A stretch of 64,000 nt of DNA from an uncultured Thermoplasmata archaeon (GTDB lineage: Archaea; Thermoplasmatota; Thermoplasmata; RBG-16-68-12), in the NCBI GenBank assembly GCA_963768855.1, contig CAVYJM010000021.1:1-64000 (forward strand), read 5' to 3'. The notes under the pieces are model-generated. The model saw only the letters and a list, made by a program, of their open reading frames with translations. It was not told the DNA's origin and ran no database searches. The translations under genes were made by a program, and so were the position numbers. Shown piece after piece: positions 47,308 to 56,148 of this stretch; positions within the stretch are counted from its first letter, which is position 1, and each line of letters opens with the position of its first letter.

Positions 47308-48894
47308 TCAGCGGCTCCCGCGTCGCCGGTCCCGGAGAACCATCCGGGCCGCATTGCGCCCGGGCGCCCCGGTGATCCCGCCGCCCGGGTGGGCGCCTGA
47401 TCCGCAGAGATAGAGGCCCGCGATTGGCGTGCGATACTGGCTCCAGCCGGGCGCGGGCCGCAGGACGAGTTGCTGGTTCAACGTCATCTCTCCGTGGTAG
47501 ATGTGGCCGTCGGTGAGGCCGAACCGGTTCTCGAGGTCCAGCGGAGTCAGGACTTCCCGCGCGAGCACGAGCCCACGGAATCCAGGGAGGTGTTCGTCCA
47601 GGAGATCGGTCACCGCGTCGCCCAGTTCCTCGCGACCCGCTTCCCAGTCCCCTTTCTTCCGGTGGTACGGCTCATACTGGACCGCGACTGACATCACATG
47701 CTTGCCCGCAGGGGCGAGATCCGGGTCCATGAGGGAGGGGATCGTGATGTCCAGGAACGGGTCCTCCGAGGGCGCGCCGTATTTCGCGTCGTCGTACGCG
47801 TGCTCGAGGTACTCCAGGGAAGGTGCGATCCGGAGATGCGGCGCGACCACGACGTCGTCGCCGGGAACAGACGGAGCGCCGTCCAGGGCGAAGTTCACCT
47901 TCGCGACGACGCCTTCCGTCTGGAAGTGGCGGATGTAGTCGAGGAAGTCCCGGGGTAGCTCCGCGGGGTCGACGAGCCGGAGGAACGTGCGCTTCGGGTC
48001 GGCGTTCGAGAGGACGATCGGTGCGAGGAGGATCTCTCCGGAGACGAGCTGGACGCCGCTCGCACGCCCGTCCTTCGTGAGGACCTGCAGGACCTCCGCG
48101 TCGGTCCGGATGACGGCTCCGGATTCCTGGGCGGCGGACGCCAGGAGCCGGGTGAGGTTCCCCATCCCGCCGCGGACGAACCCCCAGCCTGTGCCGTGCA
48201 CCGCGGGGGCGTAGTGGTGGAGGAGACCGAACGCGGTCTCCGGGGAATACGGGCCGCGGAACGTCCCGGCCAGCGCGTCGACCGCGAGGCTGGCCTTGAG
48301 CCGCTCGCCCTCGAACCACTCGTTGAGCACGGCCCGCAGGCTCATGGGCACCATGCGGATCGCCTGGTTCATCACGTCGACCCCGGATCGGCGCAGCTTG
48401 AGCCCGCGGCGGAGGAGCGTCAGCTGGTCCACCCATCTCCAATCCGCCACCTCTGGGGGAGGCGCCACGAGGAGCGGGTCGATGATGCTCGCGAGGGTCG
48501 TGAGGAGGGAGTGGAACGCGGGGAAGGCGGCGGCGTCGTGCTGCGAGGACGCGGCGATCTCCTGCGCCGAGCGCGCGGGGTCCCGCCAGATCCTCAGTGG
48601 CTTCCTTTCCATGCCGAGGACGACGACCTCTGGGTCGATTGGGAGGATCTGCAGACCGCGCTGGGCCAGTCCGAGCTCCTGGACGATTTCAGGTCGCAGG
48701 TTTCCGCAGAGGCTCGCCCCCGGGAGGCCTCGGAACCCCGGATAGAACTCCTCCGTGGTCGCCGCCCCGCCGACGATGGGCCGGCGTTCCAGGACGAGGA
48801 CGCGGTGCCCTGCACGAGCCAGGTACGCAGCGGCGACCAGCCCGTTGTGCCCGGCCCCGATGACGATCACATCGTACCCGGAGGGCACGGTCAC
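47308..48894 (-). CDS. PYROXD2/phytoene dehydrogenase-like FAD oxidoreductase (paralog 1)
   Basis: GAGHNGL, ERR..VGGAA.TEE..PGF, DPKRTFL, YLCGSGAHPGGG.TGAPG.NAA. GTGA overlap with paralog 2. Confidence 0.88.
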   Translation of the reverse strand: MTVPSGYDVIVIGAGHNGLVAAAYLARAGHRVLVLERRPIVGGAATTEEFYPGFRGLPGASLCGNLRPEIVQELGLAQRGLQILPIDPEVVVLGMERKPLRIWRDPARSAQEIAASSQHDAAAFPAFHSLLTTLASIIDPLLVAPPPEVADWRWVDQLTLLRRGLKLRRSGVDVMNQAIRMVPMSLRAVLNEWFEGERLKASLAVDALAGTFRGPYSPETAFGLLHHYAPAVHGTGWGFVRGGMGNLTRLLASAAQESGAVIRTDAEVLQVLTKDGRASGVQLVSGEILLAPIVLSNADPKRTFLRLVDPAELPRDFLDYIRHFQTEGVVAKVNFALDGAPSVPGDDVVVAPHLRIAPSLEYLEHAYDDAKYGAPSEDPFLDITIPSLMDPDLAPAGKHVMSVAVQYEPYHRKKGDWEAGREELGDAVTDLLDEHLPGFRGLVLAREVLTPLDLENRFGLTDGHIYHGEMTLNQQLVLRPAPGWSQYRTPIAGLYLCGSGAHPGGGITGAPGRNAARMVLRDRRRGSR

Positions 48895-50483
48895 CTCCTC
48901 CACACGGACCAGTCGTTGAGCATCTCCCGCGCGGCGTTGTAGCCCGGGGCGCCCATCACGCCGCCCCCGGGGTGGGCTCCGGAGCCGCAGAGGTACAGCC
49001 CCCGGACCGGGGTGCGGTACTGGGCCCAGCCGGCCACGGGCCGGAGGAAGAACAGCTGATTCGGCGTGAGCTCCCCGTGAAAGATGTTGCCCTCGGTGAG
49101 CCCGATTGTGCGCTCGAGGTCCAGCGGCGTGAGCACCTGCCGTCCCACAATCGCCTTCGGGAGGTTCGGGGCGAACTGGGCGAGCGTCTCGACGACCGTG
49201 TCGCCGAGTTCCTCCCGCTTGTCGTCCCACGTACCGTTCTTCAGATGGTAGGGGGCGTACTGGACGAAGATGGACATGATGTGGTTACCCGGCGGTGCCA
49301 TGCCCGGGTCGATCGCGGAGGGCACCATGACGTCCATGTAGGGGTGCTGGGAGAAGTTCCCGTACTTCGCGTCGTCGTACGCCCGCTCGATGTACTCGAC
49401 GCTCGGGCTGATTGAGACGGCCCCGTGGAGGTGCGCCCCTTCCCCCGGCAGGCACGTGAAATTCGGCGGCTCCTTGAGCGCGAGGTTCACCTTCGCACTG
49501 GACCCTTCGATGTTGTACGCCTCGATGCCGCGGACGAAATCCCCCGGGAGGAGGTTGCGGTCGAGCATCTGGAGGAACGTGCGCTTGGGGTCGACGCCCG
49601 ATGCGATGATGTGCGAGGCGATCCGTTCGCCGCTCGCCAGTTCGACGCCGGTCACCCGGCCATCGGCGACGAGGATCTGGCGCACCTCGGCGTTCACGCG
49701 GATGTCCGCGCCGAATCCGCGTGCCGCGGAGGCGATCGACTCGCTGACCATGCCCATGCCGCCCTTCACGAAGCCCCAGGCGCGGAACGCGCCGTCGACT
49801 TCTCCCATGTAGTGGTGGATCAGGACGTACGCGGTCCCGGGAGACCGCGGCCCCAGAAAGGTCCCGATGATCCCGCTCGCGCACATCGTCCCCTTGAGCG
49901 CGTCCGTCTCGAACCATTCATCCAGGTAGTCCGCGCTCGACATCGTCATGAGCCGCGCGAAGGTGTACAGGGTCTCCTGGTCCGCGCTCCGGAACTGGCC
50001 GCGGAGCTCGAGCATCCTCCGCAGGTTCGCGGGGTTCATCGAGCCGAGGTCGGGCGGCGTCATGCCGATCTGCGGCTTGACAAATTTCGCGATCTTGACC
50101 ATGAGCTGCCCGAACTTCGGGTACGCCTCCGCGTCACGCTTCGAGAATTTGGAGATCTCCTTGCGGTTCTCCTCCGGATCCGCTCCGCGGAACAGGTAGC
50201 GGCCGTCCTCGAGCGGCGTGAGCGTGGATTCGACCGGGATGATCTGGTAGCCATGGGCTGGAAGGTTCAGGTCCCGGATGATCTCCGGCCGGAGGAGGCT
50301 GCAGACGTAGGAGCAGACCGTGAACTTGAACCCGGGGACGATCTCCTCCGTGACGGCGGCGCCCCCGACCAAGTGGCGGCGCTCGAGCACGAGGACCTTC
50401 TTCCCCGCGCGTCCCAGGTACGCCGCGGTGACGAGTCCGTTGTGGCCTCCGCCGATGACGATCGCATCGTACGCCTGGGCCAT
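48891..50483 (-). CDS. PYROXD2/phytoene dehydrogenase-like FAD oxidoreductase (paralog 2)
   Basis: GGGHNGL, TAYVLIHHYMG, GGMG, DPKRTFL, YIERAYDDAKYG, GNIFHG, CGSGAHPGGGVMGAPG. Confidence 0.9.
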   Translation of the reverse strand: MAQAYDAIVIGGGHNGLVTAAYLGRAGKKVLVLERRHLVGGAAVTEEIVPGFKFTVCSYVCSLLRPEIIRDLNLPAHGYQIIPVESTLTPLEDGRYLFRGADPEENRKEISKFSKRDAEAYPKFGQLMVKIAKFVKPQIGMTPPDLGSMNPANLRRMLELRGQFRSADQETLYTFARLMTMSSADYLDEWFETDALKGTMCASGIIGTFLGPRSPGTAYVLIHHYMGEVDGAFRAWGFVKGGMGMVSESIASAARGFGADIRVNAEVRQILVADGRVTGVELASGERIASHIIASGVDPKRTFLQMLDRNLLPGDFVRGIEAYNIEGSSAKVNLALKEPPNFTCLPGEGAHLHGAVSISPSVEYIERAYDDAKYGNFSQHPYMDVMVPSAIDPGMAPPGNHIMSIFVQYAPYHLKNGTWDDKREELGDTVVETLAQFAPNLPKAIVGRQVLTPLDLERTIGLTEGNIFHGELTPNQLFFLRPVAGWAQYRTPVRGLYLCGSGAHPGGGVMGAPGYNAAREMLNDWSVWRR

Positions 50484-50538
50484 CCTCGCTCCGCCTCCCG
50501 CCGCCGCGACCTCGAGCGATTCGGAATGAACGAGTTCC

Positions 50539-50591
50539 ATTTAACAATTCGTCTCAAGGGGCTCCGAATTTCGCCGCTCCTAAAGCTTTAA
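50539..50591. promoter_or_regulatory. Divergent promoter region between paralog 2 and the GcvT-like gene
   Basis: AT-rich boxes TTTAA (~50540) and palindromic TAAAGCTTTA (50581-50590) in a GC-rich background between head-to-head genes. Confidence 0.45.
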
Positions 50592-50635
50592 CCGAACTCG
50601 AGGCTTGCCCATCCGGCGTCGTCGGGAGGAGAGGC

Positions 50636-51823
50636 ATGCCGCGCGGGACCCCGTTCCACTCGAGGACCTCCGCCCTGTGCGAGAGCTACAGCTGGCGGAA
50701 CTGGTCTGGATACGTGTGCGCGAGCTCGTACCAGCTCGTCCCGGAGATGGAGTACCATGCGATCCGGGGGGCCACGGGACTCCTCGACGTCTCGCCGCTT
50801 TTCAAGTACCACGTCCGCGGGACGGATGCGTTCCGGCTCTTGAACAAGGTCGTGACGCGGGATCTGGCGAAGTGCCGTCCCCATCAGGTCATGTACACGC
50901 CGTGGTGCGACGACCGGGGCAAGACGATCGACGACGGGACGGTGTGGAACCTCGGGGATGGCACGTGGCGCCTGACGTCGGCCGAGTCGAACCTCGGGTG
51001 GCTCGAGGAGAACGCGTTCGGGATGAAGGTGGAGATCTCGGACGTGTCGGAGGATATCGCCACGGCGGCCCTCCAGGGACCGACCTCGAAGGCCATCCTG
51101 GAAGACGCCTGCGACGGTGCGGTCGAGGGTCTCCGGTACTACCGCTTCACCGAGACCAAGCTCGATGGCATCCCCGTGACCGTGTCCCGCACCGGGTACA
51201 CCGGGGATCTCGGCTACGAGATCTGGACGGAGCGGGAGAACGCCGAGCGGCTGTGGGATGCCCTGATGGCGCACGGGAAGGGGCATGGGATCACGCCCGC
51301 AGGGCTCCTCGCGCTCGACATGGCGCGCATCGAGGCGGGGCTCATCCTCGCCGAGGTGGACTACATGCCCGCGCGGAAGGCGGTGATCGACTCGCAGGCC
51401 TATTCCCCGATGGAGCTCGGCTTGGACTGGACGGTCGATTGGAGGAAGGAGTCGTTCACGGGCCGAGCCGCGCTCCGGGCCGAGCAGGCTCGCGGGGTGC
51501 CGAGGCGGATCGTCGGCCTGGAGCTCGACTGGAGTGTTGCGGAGGCGTTCTACCAGAAACTCGGGTTGCCTCCCGAGCCACCGCGCGTCGCGTGGCGATC
51601 GAAGATCCCGGTGTACGGGAGCCTCCGCCAGATCGGCCACGCCACGAGCGGCGTGTGGTCCCCTCTCCTGAAGCGGTATCTGGCCCTGGCCACCGTCGAC
51701 GCCGCGTACGCCTCGCCGGGAACGGTCGTCGACATGGAGGTCACGATCGAGGACGAGCGCAAGCGCGTTCCCGCCGCGGTCGTGCCGCGCCCCTTCTTCG
51801 ACCCACCGCGCAAGAAGGCATGA
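50636..51823 (+). CDS. Aminomethyltransferase/GcvT-family folate-binding protein
   Basis: GLLDVSP, YT.WCDD.GKTIDDG, ALQGP.S, SRTGYTGDLGYEI, ARIEAG, TS..WSP.LK. Confidence 0.88.
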   Translation: MPRGTPFHSRTSALCESYSWRNWSGYVCASSYQLVPEMEYHAIRGATGLLDVSPLFKYHVRGTDAFRLLNKVVTRDLAKCRPHQVMYTPWCDDRGKTIDDGTVWNLGDGTWRLTSAESNLGWLEENAFGMKVEISDVSEDIATAALQGPTSKAILEDACDGAVEGLRYYRFTETKLDGIPVTVSRTGYTGDLGYEIWTERENAERLWDALMAHGKGHGITPAGLLALDMARIEAGLILAEVDYMPARKAVIDSQAYSPMELGLDWTVDWRKESFTGRAALRAEQARGVPRRIVGLELDWSVAEAFYQKLGLPPEPPRVAWRSKIPVYGSLRQIGHATSGVWSPLLKRYLALATVDAAYASPGTVVDMEVTIEDERKRVPAAVVPRPFFDPPRKKA

Positions 51824-51907
51824 TGGGTCTCGATCTCGGCAATGCATCCCCGTGAGCAGGTCGAGAGCAACGGATTTATCGGATGGACGGTTCTCGGAGC
51901 CGGGAGC

Positions 51908-53470
51908 ATGGTCTCGTACGATGCGATCGTGGTCGGGGCAGGTCACAACGGCCTGGTCGCGGGAGCCTATCTCGCGAAGGCCGGTCTGAGGACGCTCATC
52001 CTCGAGCGTCGCGGAATCGTCGGCGGCGCCTGCGTCACGGAGGAGGTCCTGCCCGGTTTCCGCGTCTCGAGCCTGTCCTACACCTGCGGCCTCTTCCGCC
52101 CGGAGATCAAGGAGGAGCTGCAGCTCGCGAAGTTCGGGCTCGAGGAGCACTCGCACGATCCCGGCCTGTTCCTCCCGTTCCCGGACCGCCGGTACATCAT
52201 GTGGCGTCCCGACCCCGCGTGGAACCTCCGCGAAGTCGCGAAGTTCTCCGAGGCGGACGCGACGGCGCTCCCGAGGTACGAAGCGTTCTGGGAGCAGTTC
52301 GGGGAGCTCGTCGAGCCGACGATGCTCGCACCCCCGGTCAGCCTCGCGGACCTCGCCCAGCTCGTCACGACGCCGGAGGCGGAGGACTTCATCCGCAAGA
52401 CCCTCCTCATGTCCGTTCAGGACGTCCTGGACGACTTCTTCGAGTCCGACGAGGTCAAGGTCTCCCTGGGCACGAGCGCGGTCTCCGGCACGCTCGCAGG
52501 CCCGCGCACCCCTGGCACAGCGTTCGTCCTCGGCCACCACAGCATCGGGACGATCAACGGCGAGAAAGGCGTCTGGGGGTGGGCGAAGGGAGGGATGGGC
52601 GGCATCACCCAGGCGACTGCAAGCGCGGCCCGCCATTTCGGCGCGGAGATCCGAACCCGGGCGGGTGTGGCCCGCGTGCGGATCGAAGACGGGAGGTCCA
52701 CGGGCGTGGAACTCGAGGACGGCACGACGATCGAGTCGAAGGTCGTTCTGAGCAACCTCGATCCGAAGCGCACGTTCCTCGGGATCGTCGGGAAGGAACA
52801 CCTTCCCGCGGACTTCGTGCACGCGATCGACCGTTACCGCATGGAGCCTTCCTCGTTCAAGCTCAACCTCGCGCTCAAGGACCTGCCCGACTTCTCCGCG
52901 ATCCCCGGGACGAACCTACAGCTCCATCACAAGGGGATCATCGACATCGCCCCGGACCTCGACTACCTGGAGCGAGCCTACGAGGACGCGATCCACGGCC
53001 GCTGGTCCAGGGAGCCCTACATCGAGTTCGTCCTCCAGTCGACGGTCGACCCGACCGTGGCACCGAAGGGGATGCACACCCTGACGGCGTCGTGCAAGTT
53101 CGCGCCGTACGAACTCGAGGACGGGAGCTGGGACACGGAGGGCGAGAAGTTCGCGGAGGCGATCCTCGACTCCATCGAGGCCTACGCCCCGAACGTCCGC
53201 AAGATTATCCTGGGCCGGAACTGGATTACGCCGCTGGACATGGAGCGGGAGTACGGGCTGACCCGGGGCGACGTCTTTCACGGCGCGATCTTCCCGTACC
53301 AGATGTTCTCCTTCCGGCCTGTGCCGGGGTGGGCGCGTTACCGCACTCCGGTCGAGAGGCTCTACCTCTGCGGCGCGGGGGCCCATCCCGGTGGAGGTGT
53401 GCTCGGGGCGCCGGGCCACAACGCCGCCATGGCGGTCCTCGAGGACTGGCCGAAGTTCTCGTCGCCCTGA
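51908..53470 (+). CDS. PYROXD2/phytoene dehydrogenase-like FAD oxidoreductase (paralog 3)
   Basis: GAGHNGL, VGGACVTEE..PGF, GTAFVL.HH, GGMG, DPKRTFL, YLERAY.DA, CGAGAHPGGG. Confidence 0.9.
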   Translation: MVSYDAIVVGAGHNGLVAGAYLAKAGLRTLILERRGIVGGACVTEEVLPGFRVSSLSYTCGLFRPEIKEELQLAKFGLEEHSHDPGLFLPFPDRRYIMWRPDPAWNLREVAKFSEADATALPRYEAFWEQFGELVEPTMLAPPVSLADLAQLVTTPEAEDFIRKTLLMSVQDVLDDFFESDEVKVSLGTSAVSGTLAGPRTPGTAFVLGHHSIGTINGEKGVWGWAKGGMGGITQATASAARHFGAEIRTRAGVARVRIEDGRSTGVELEDGTTIESKVVLSNLDPKRTFLGIVGKEHLPADFVHAIDRYRMEPSSFKLNLALKDLPDFSAIPGTNLQLHHKGIIDIAPDLDYLERAYEDAIHGRWSREPYIEFVLQSTVDPTVAPKGMHTLTASCKFAPYELEDGSWDTEGEKFAEAILDSIEAYAPNVRKIILGRNWITPLDMEREYGLTRGDVFHGAIFPYQMFSFRPVPGWARYRTPVERLYLCGAGAHPGGGVLGAPGHNAAMAVLEDWPKFSSP

Positions 53471-53474
53471 CGAA

Positions 53475-54365
53475 TCAGCGGTCGCGGACCTGCGCGTCGT
53501 ACGCATTCGCGAAACCAGCGTCCCCAGCCTCGAGGAAGTTCTTGAGGCAGACGAGGAGGTCCGACCAGCCGCCGCGGTGGTACAGGATTTCCGCCTGCTC
53601 TGCCGCACCGTATCCTGCGCTCGTCACGTAGATCGCGGTCCCGCTCGACTTGGGTTCAAGGGTGAATGTGACGTGGAGGTCGCCCTGCTCCCGGGGCCAC
53701 CGCAGCACGAGGCGGTGCGGGGGCTCGAACTCCAGGATTCGGTCCGGACCGTGGTCCCAGCCCATCGAGAACGCTCCGCCCGCACGGGAATCGACTCGGG
53801 CCTTGCCGAGGGGAACGCCCCCGGTCGACCAATGGTCCACCTGCGGGGCGTCCGTGAGGGCCGCGAACAGGTTCTCCTGAGGCACCTCAATGAGGTTGGA
53901 GAGGCGTAGCTCGCGCGAGGCGACGGGCGCATGGTCCGGACGGACGCTGTCGCTCCGGCCCTCCCCGATGGACTTGAGGTTTCCGAGGCACATCCTCCAT
54001 GCGTCTTGGATCGTGCCGCACGTGCTGTCCTTCAACGGGACGCCCAGATGCCGGACCGTGAGCAGCGTGGCCTCCCCGCCCTGATCCTCAAGATCGTACG
54101 ACACGCGGGTGGCGTTCCCACGGATCGGCCACGTGAAGGCGAAACGCTTCAGGGTCTCCCCCTCGTCGATCGTGGTCTCCCAGCCGCGGCCCTCGGGCAG
54201 GACGAGGCACGTCTCCCCGCCGAACTGGAACTTGCCGCCCACCTTGGGTTCGATGCGGCACCAGCCGCAGAACCAGCGGGCCAGATGCTCGATGCGGAGC
54301 AGCTTCTCGAAGACGGTGGCCCGCGGGGCGTGGACCCGCAGGAGGAATTCGTAATCAGTCGTCAT
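53475..54365 (-). CDS. Tandem SRPBCC/AHSA1-like domain protein
   Basis: Two START-like repeats: AP...VF..L......WF...GG.F and VP...LF.ALTD......W...GG.F...L...W; W...L..LK at the end of each. Confidence 0.75.
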   Translation of the reverse strand: MTTDYEFLLRVHAPRATVFEKLLRIEHLARWFCGWCRIEPKVGGKFQFGGETCLVLPEGRGWETTIDEGETLKRFAFTWPIRGNATRVSYDLEDQGGEATLLTVRHLGVPLKDSTCGTIQDAWRMCLGNLKSIGEGRSDSVRPDHAPVASRELRLSNLIEVPQENLFAALTDAPQVDHWSTGGVPLGKARVDSRAGGAFSMGWDHGPDRILEFEPPHRLVLRWPREQGDLHVTFTLEPKSSGTAIYVTSAGYGAAEQAEILYHRGGWSDLLVCLKNFLEAGDAGFANAYDAQVRDR

Positions 54366-54501
54366 CCCGACGCCCCGGCGCAAGGACTCGCGCCGTTTCA
54401 ACTTGCCTCCTGTATTTACCGCCCGACCCGAACCTATTTGCCCGTTCCCCGCGTCCCACACATGCTGCTTCGGATCGGCGTGTGCGCAGGAGCGGAAGAC
54501 G

Positions 54502-55668
54502 ATGGGATACCGGTACGCGGTCATCGGCTCGGGCCGCCAGGGGACGGCCGCGGCCTACGACTTCGCGAAGTTCGGCGATGCGGACGACATCGTGATGGGC
54601 GACATGGTCCTCGGGCAGGCGAGGCGCGCGGCCGCGCGGGTGAACAAGCTCGCCGGACGCTCCGTGGCCCGCTCCGCCCAGGCCGACGTCACGAAGCCCG
54701 CGACGATCCTGAAGGTGATCAAAGAGGCGGACGTCCTGCTGAGCGGCGTCCCGTACTTCTTCAACCTGGGCCTCGCGAAACTCGCCTTGAAGGCGAGGGT
54801 CTCCATGGTCGACTTCGGCGGCAACACGGACCTCGTGCGGAAGCAGCTCGCCCTCGACGCGAGCGCGCGCAAGGCGGGGGTCGGGTTCGTCCCCGATTGC
54901 GGCATGGGTCCGGGGCTGAACATCACGATGGGCGTCTACGCGATGGAGCTCCTCGACGTTCCGGAACACATCTACATCTACGACGGGGGTCTGCCGCAGC
55001 ATCCCCGGCCACCCTGGAACTACGAGCTCACGTTCAACGTGGAGGGCCTGACGAACGAGTATTTCGGCGACGCCACGTTCATCCGGGACGGGCGGGTCGC
55101 CCGGGTCCCGCTCTTCTCCGAGTTCGAGCTCGTGGACTTCCCGCCCCTCGGGACGCTCGAGGCGGTCGTCACGCCGGGAGGCCTGTCCACCGCCCCGTGG
55201 TCCTTCCAGGGCAAGTTGAAGACGTTCCAAAACAAGACCCTCCGATATCCGGGCCACTGGTCCCAGATGCAGGCATTCCAGGACCTCGGCCTCTTCGAGC
55301 TCGACCCGATCGAGGTCGACGGCCGCAAGGTCATCCCGCGCCACGTCTTCCACGCGCTGTTCGAACCCAAGGTCACCCCCGAGGAGATCCGGGACGTCTG
55401 CGTCGAGCGCGTGCGTGCCCTCGGCATGAAGGATCAGCACACCGCGGAGGCGGTCGTCGAACTCGTCGACTACTACGACGAGGCCACGGGCTTCACGTCG
55501 ATGGAGCGGCTCACCGGCTGGCATGCGGCGATCACGGCGGAGATGATCGCCCGCGGCGTCATCCCGCCCGGGGCGCACTCCGTCGAGCTCGGGATCCCCG
55601 CGAAGGCGTTCGTCCAGGAGGCGCGGAAGCGCGGCCTGAAAATCACGGAGCGCGTGAACGCGGTGTGA
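54502..55668 (+). CDS. Lysine 6-dehydrogenase/saccharopine dehydrogenase-like oxidoreductase
   Basis: GSGRQG, VDFGG, PDCGMGPGL, GGLPQHPRPPWNYELTFN.EGL.NEY, T.GGLST, KTLRYPGH, TSMERLTG. Confidence 0.8.
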   Translation: MGYRYAVIGSGRQGTAAAYDFAKFGDADDIVMGDMVLGQARRAAARVNKLAGRSVARSAQADVTKPATILKVIKEADVLLSGVPYFFNLGLAKLALKARVSMVDFGGNTDLVRKQLALDASARKAGVGFVPDCGMGPGLNITMGVYAMELLDVPEHIYIYDGGLPQHPRPPWNYELTFNVEGLTNEYFGDATFIRDGRVARVPLFSEFELVDFPPLGTLEAVVTPGGLSTAPWSFQGKLKTFQNKTLRYPGHWSQMQAFQDLGLFELDPIEVDGRKVIPRHVFHALFEPKVTPEEIRDVCVERVRALGMKDQHTAEAVVELVDYYDEATGFTSMERLTGWHAAITAEMIARGVIPPGAHSVELGIPAKAFVQEARKRGLKITERVNAV

Positions 55669-55725
55669 GCCCGGCGCCCTGAGGACACGCACCTTCAAGT
55701 ATACCGCGGCCATCGAAGGCGGAAC

Positions 55726-56148
55726 ATGAAGGCCACGAAGGGTCGCAAGGTGGCGGTGCACTACCGCGGCACCCTCGAAGACGGCGAGGAGTTCGACTCC
55801 AGCGAAGGCCGCGAGCCCCTCGAATTCGTCGTGGGGGACGGCGACCTCATCCCCGGGTTCGAGAAGGCGGTCATCGGGATGGAGCCCGGCCAGAGCAAGA
55901 CGGTCACCCTGGACGTGGAGGACGCGTACGGTCCCTACGAGGACCAGCTCGTGGTCGAGGGGCCGCGGAATTCATTCCCCGACGGGGAGCTCAAGGTGGG
56001 CCAGAGCTACACGGTCCATCTTCACGATGGGCAGGAGGCCGTCGGCCGCGTGCTGCGCATCGGGAAGGACGCGGTGGCCCTCGACTTCAACCACCCGCTC
56101 GCGGGGAAGCGGCTCACGTTCCACGTGCGCGTCGTTTCCGTGGCGTAG
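55726..56148 (+). CDS. FKBP-type peptidyl-prolyl isomerase (SlyD-like)
   Basis: V.VHYRG.L..GEEFDSS, PL.F..G...LIPGFE, DFNHPLAGK.L.F. Confidence 0.93.
   Translation: MKATKGRKVAVHYRGTLEDGEEFDSSEGREPLEFVVGDGDLIPGFEKAVIGMEPGQSKTVTLDVEDAYGPYEDQLVVEGPRNSFPDGELKVGQSYTVHLHDGQEAVGRVLRIGKDAVALDFNHPLAGKRLTFHVRVVSVA

Noticed and set aside
47190-47355. Possible 54-aa minus-strand ORF after flavoprotein paralog 1
   Set aside because: Its start lies inside the upstream gene, with no motif or independent support.
50636-51823. Glycine cleavage system T protein (gcvT proper)
   Set aside because: Lacks the usual DVSHMG and TGEDG motifs (has DVSPLF and TGDLG), and no gcvH or gcvP is adjacent.
47308-53470. Carotenoid biosynthesis cluster
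   Set aside because: No crtB/crtE/crtY neighbours; motifs match the PYROXD2-like branch and context is GcvT and amine catabolism.
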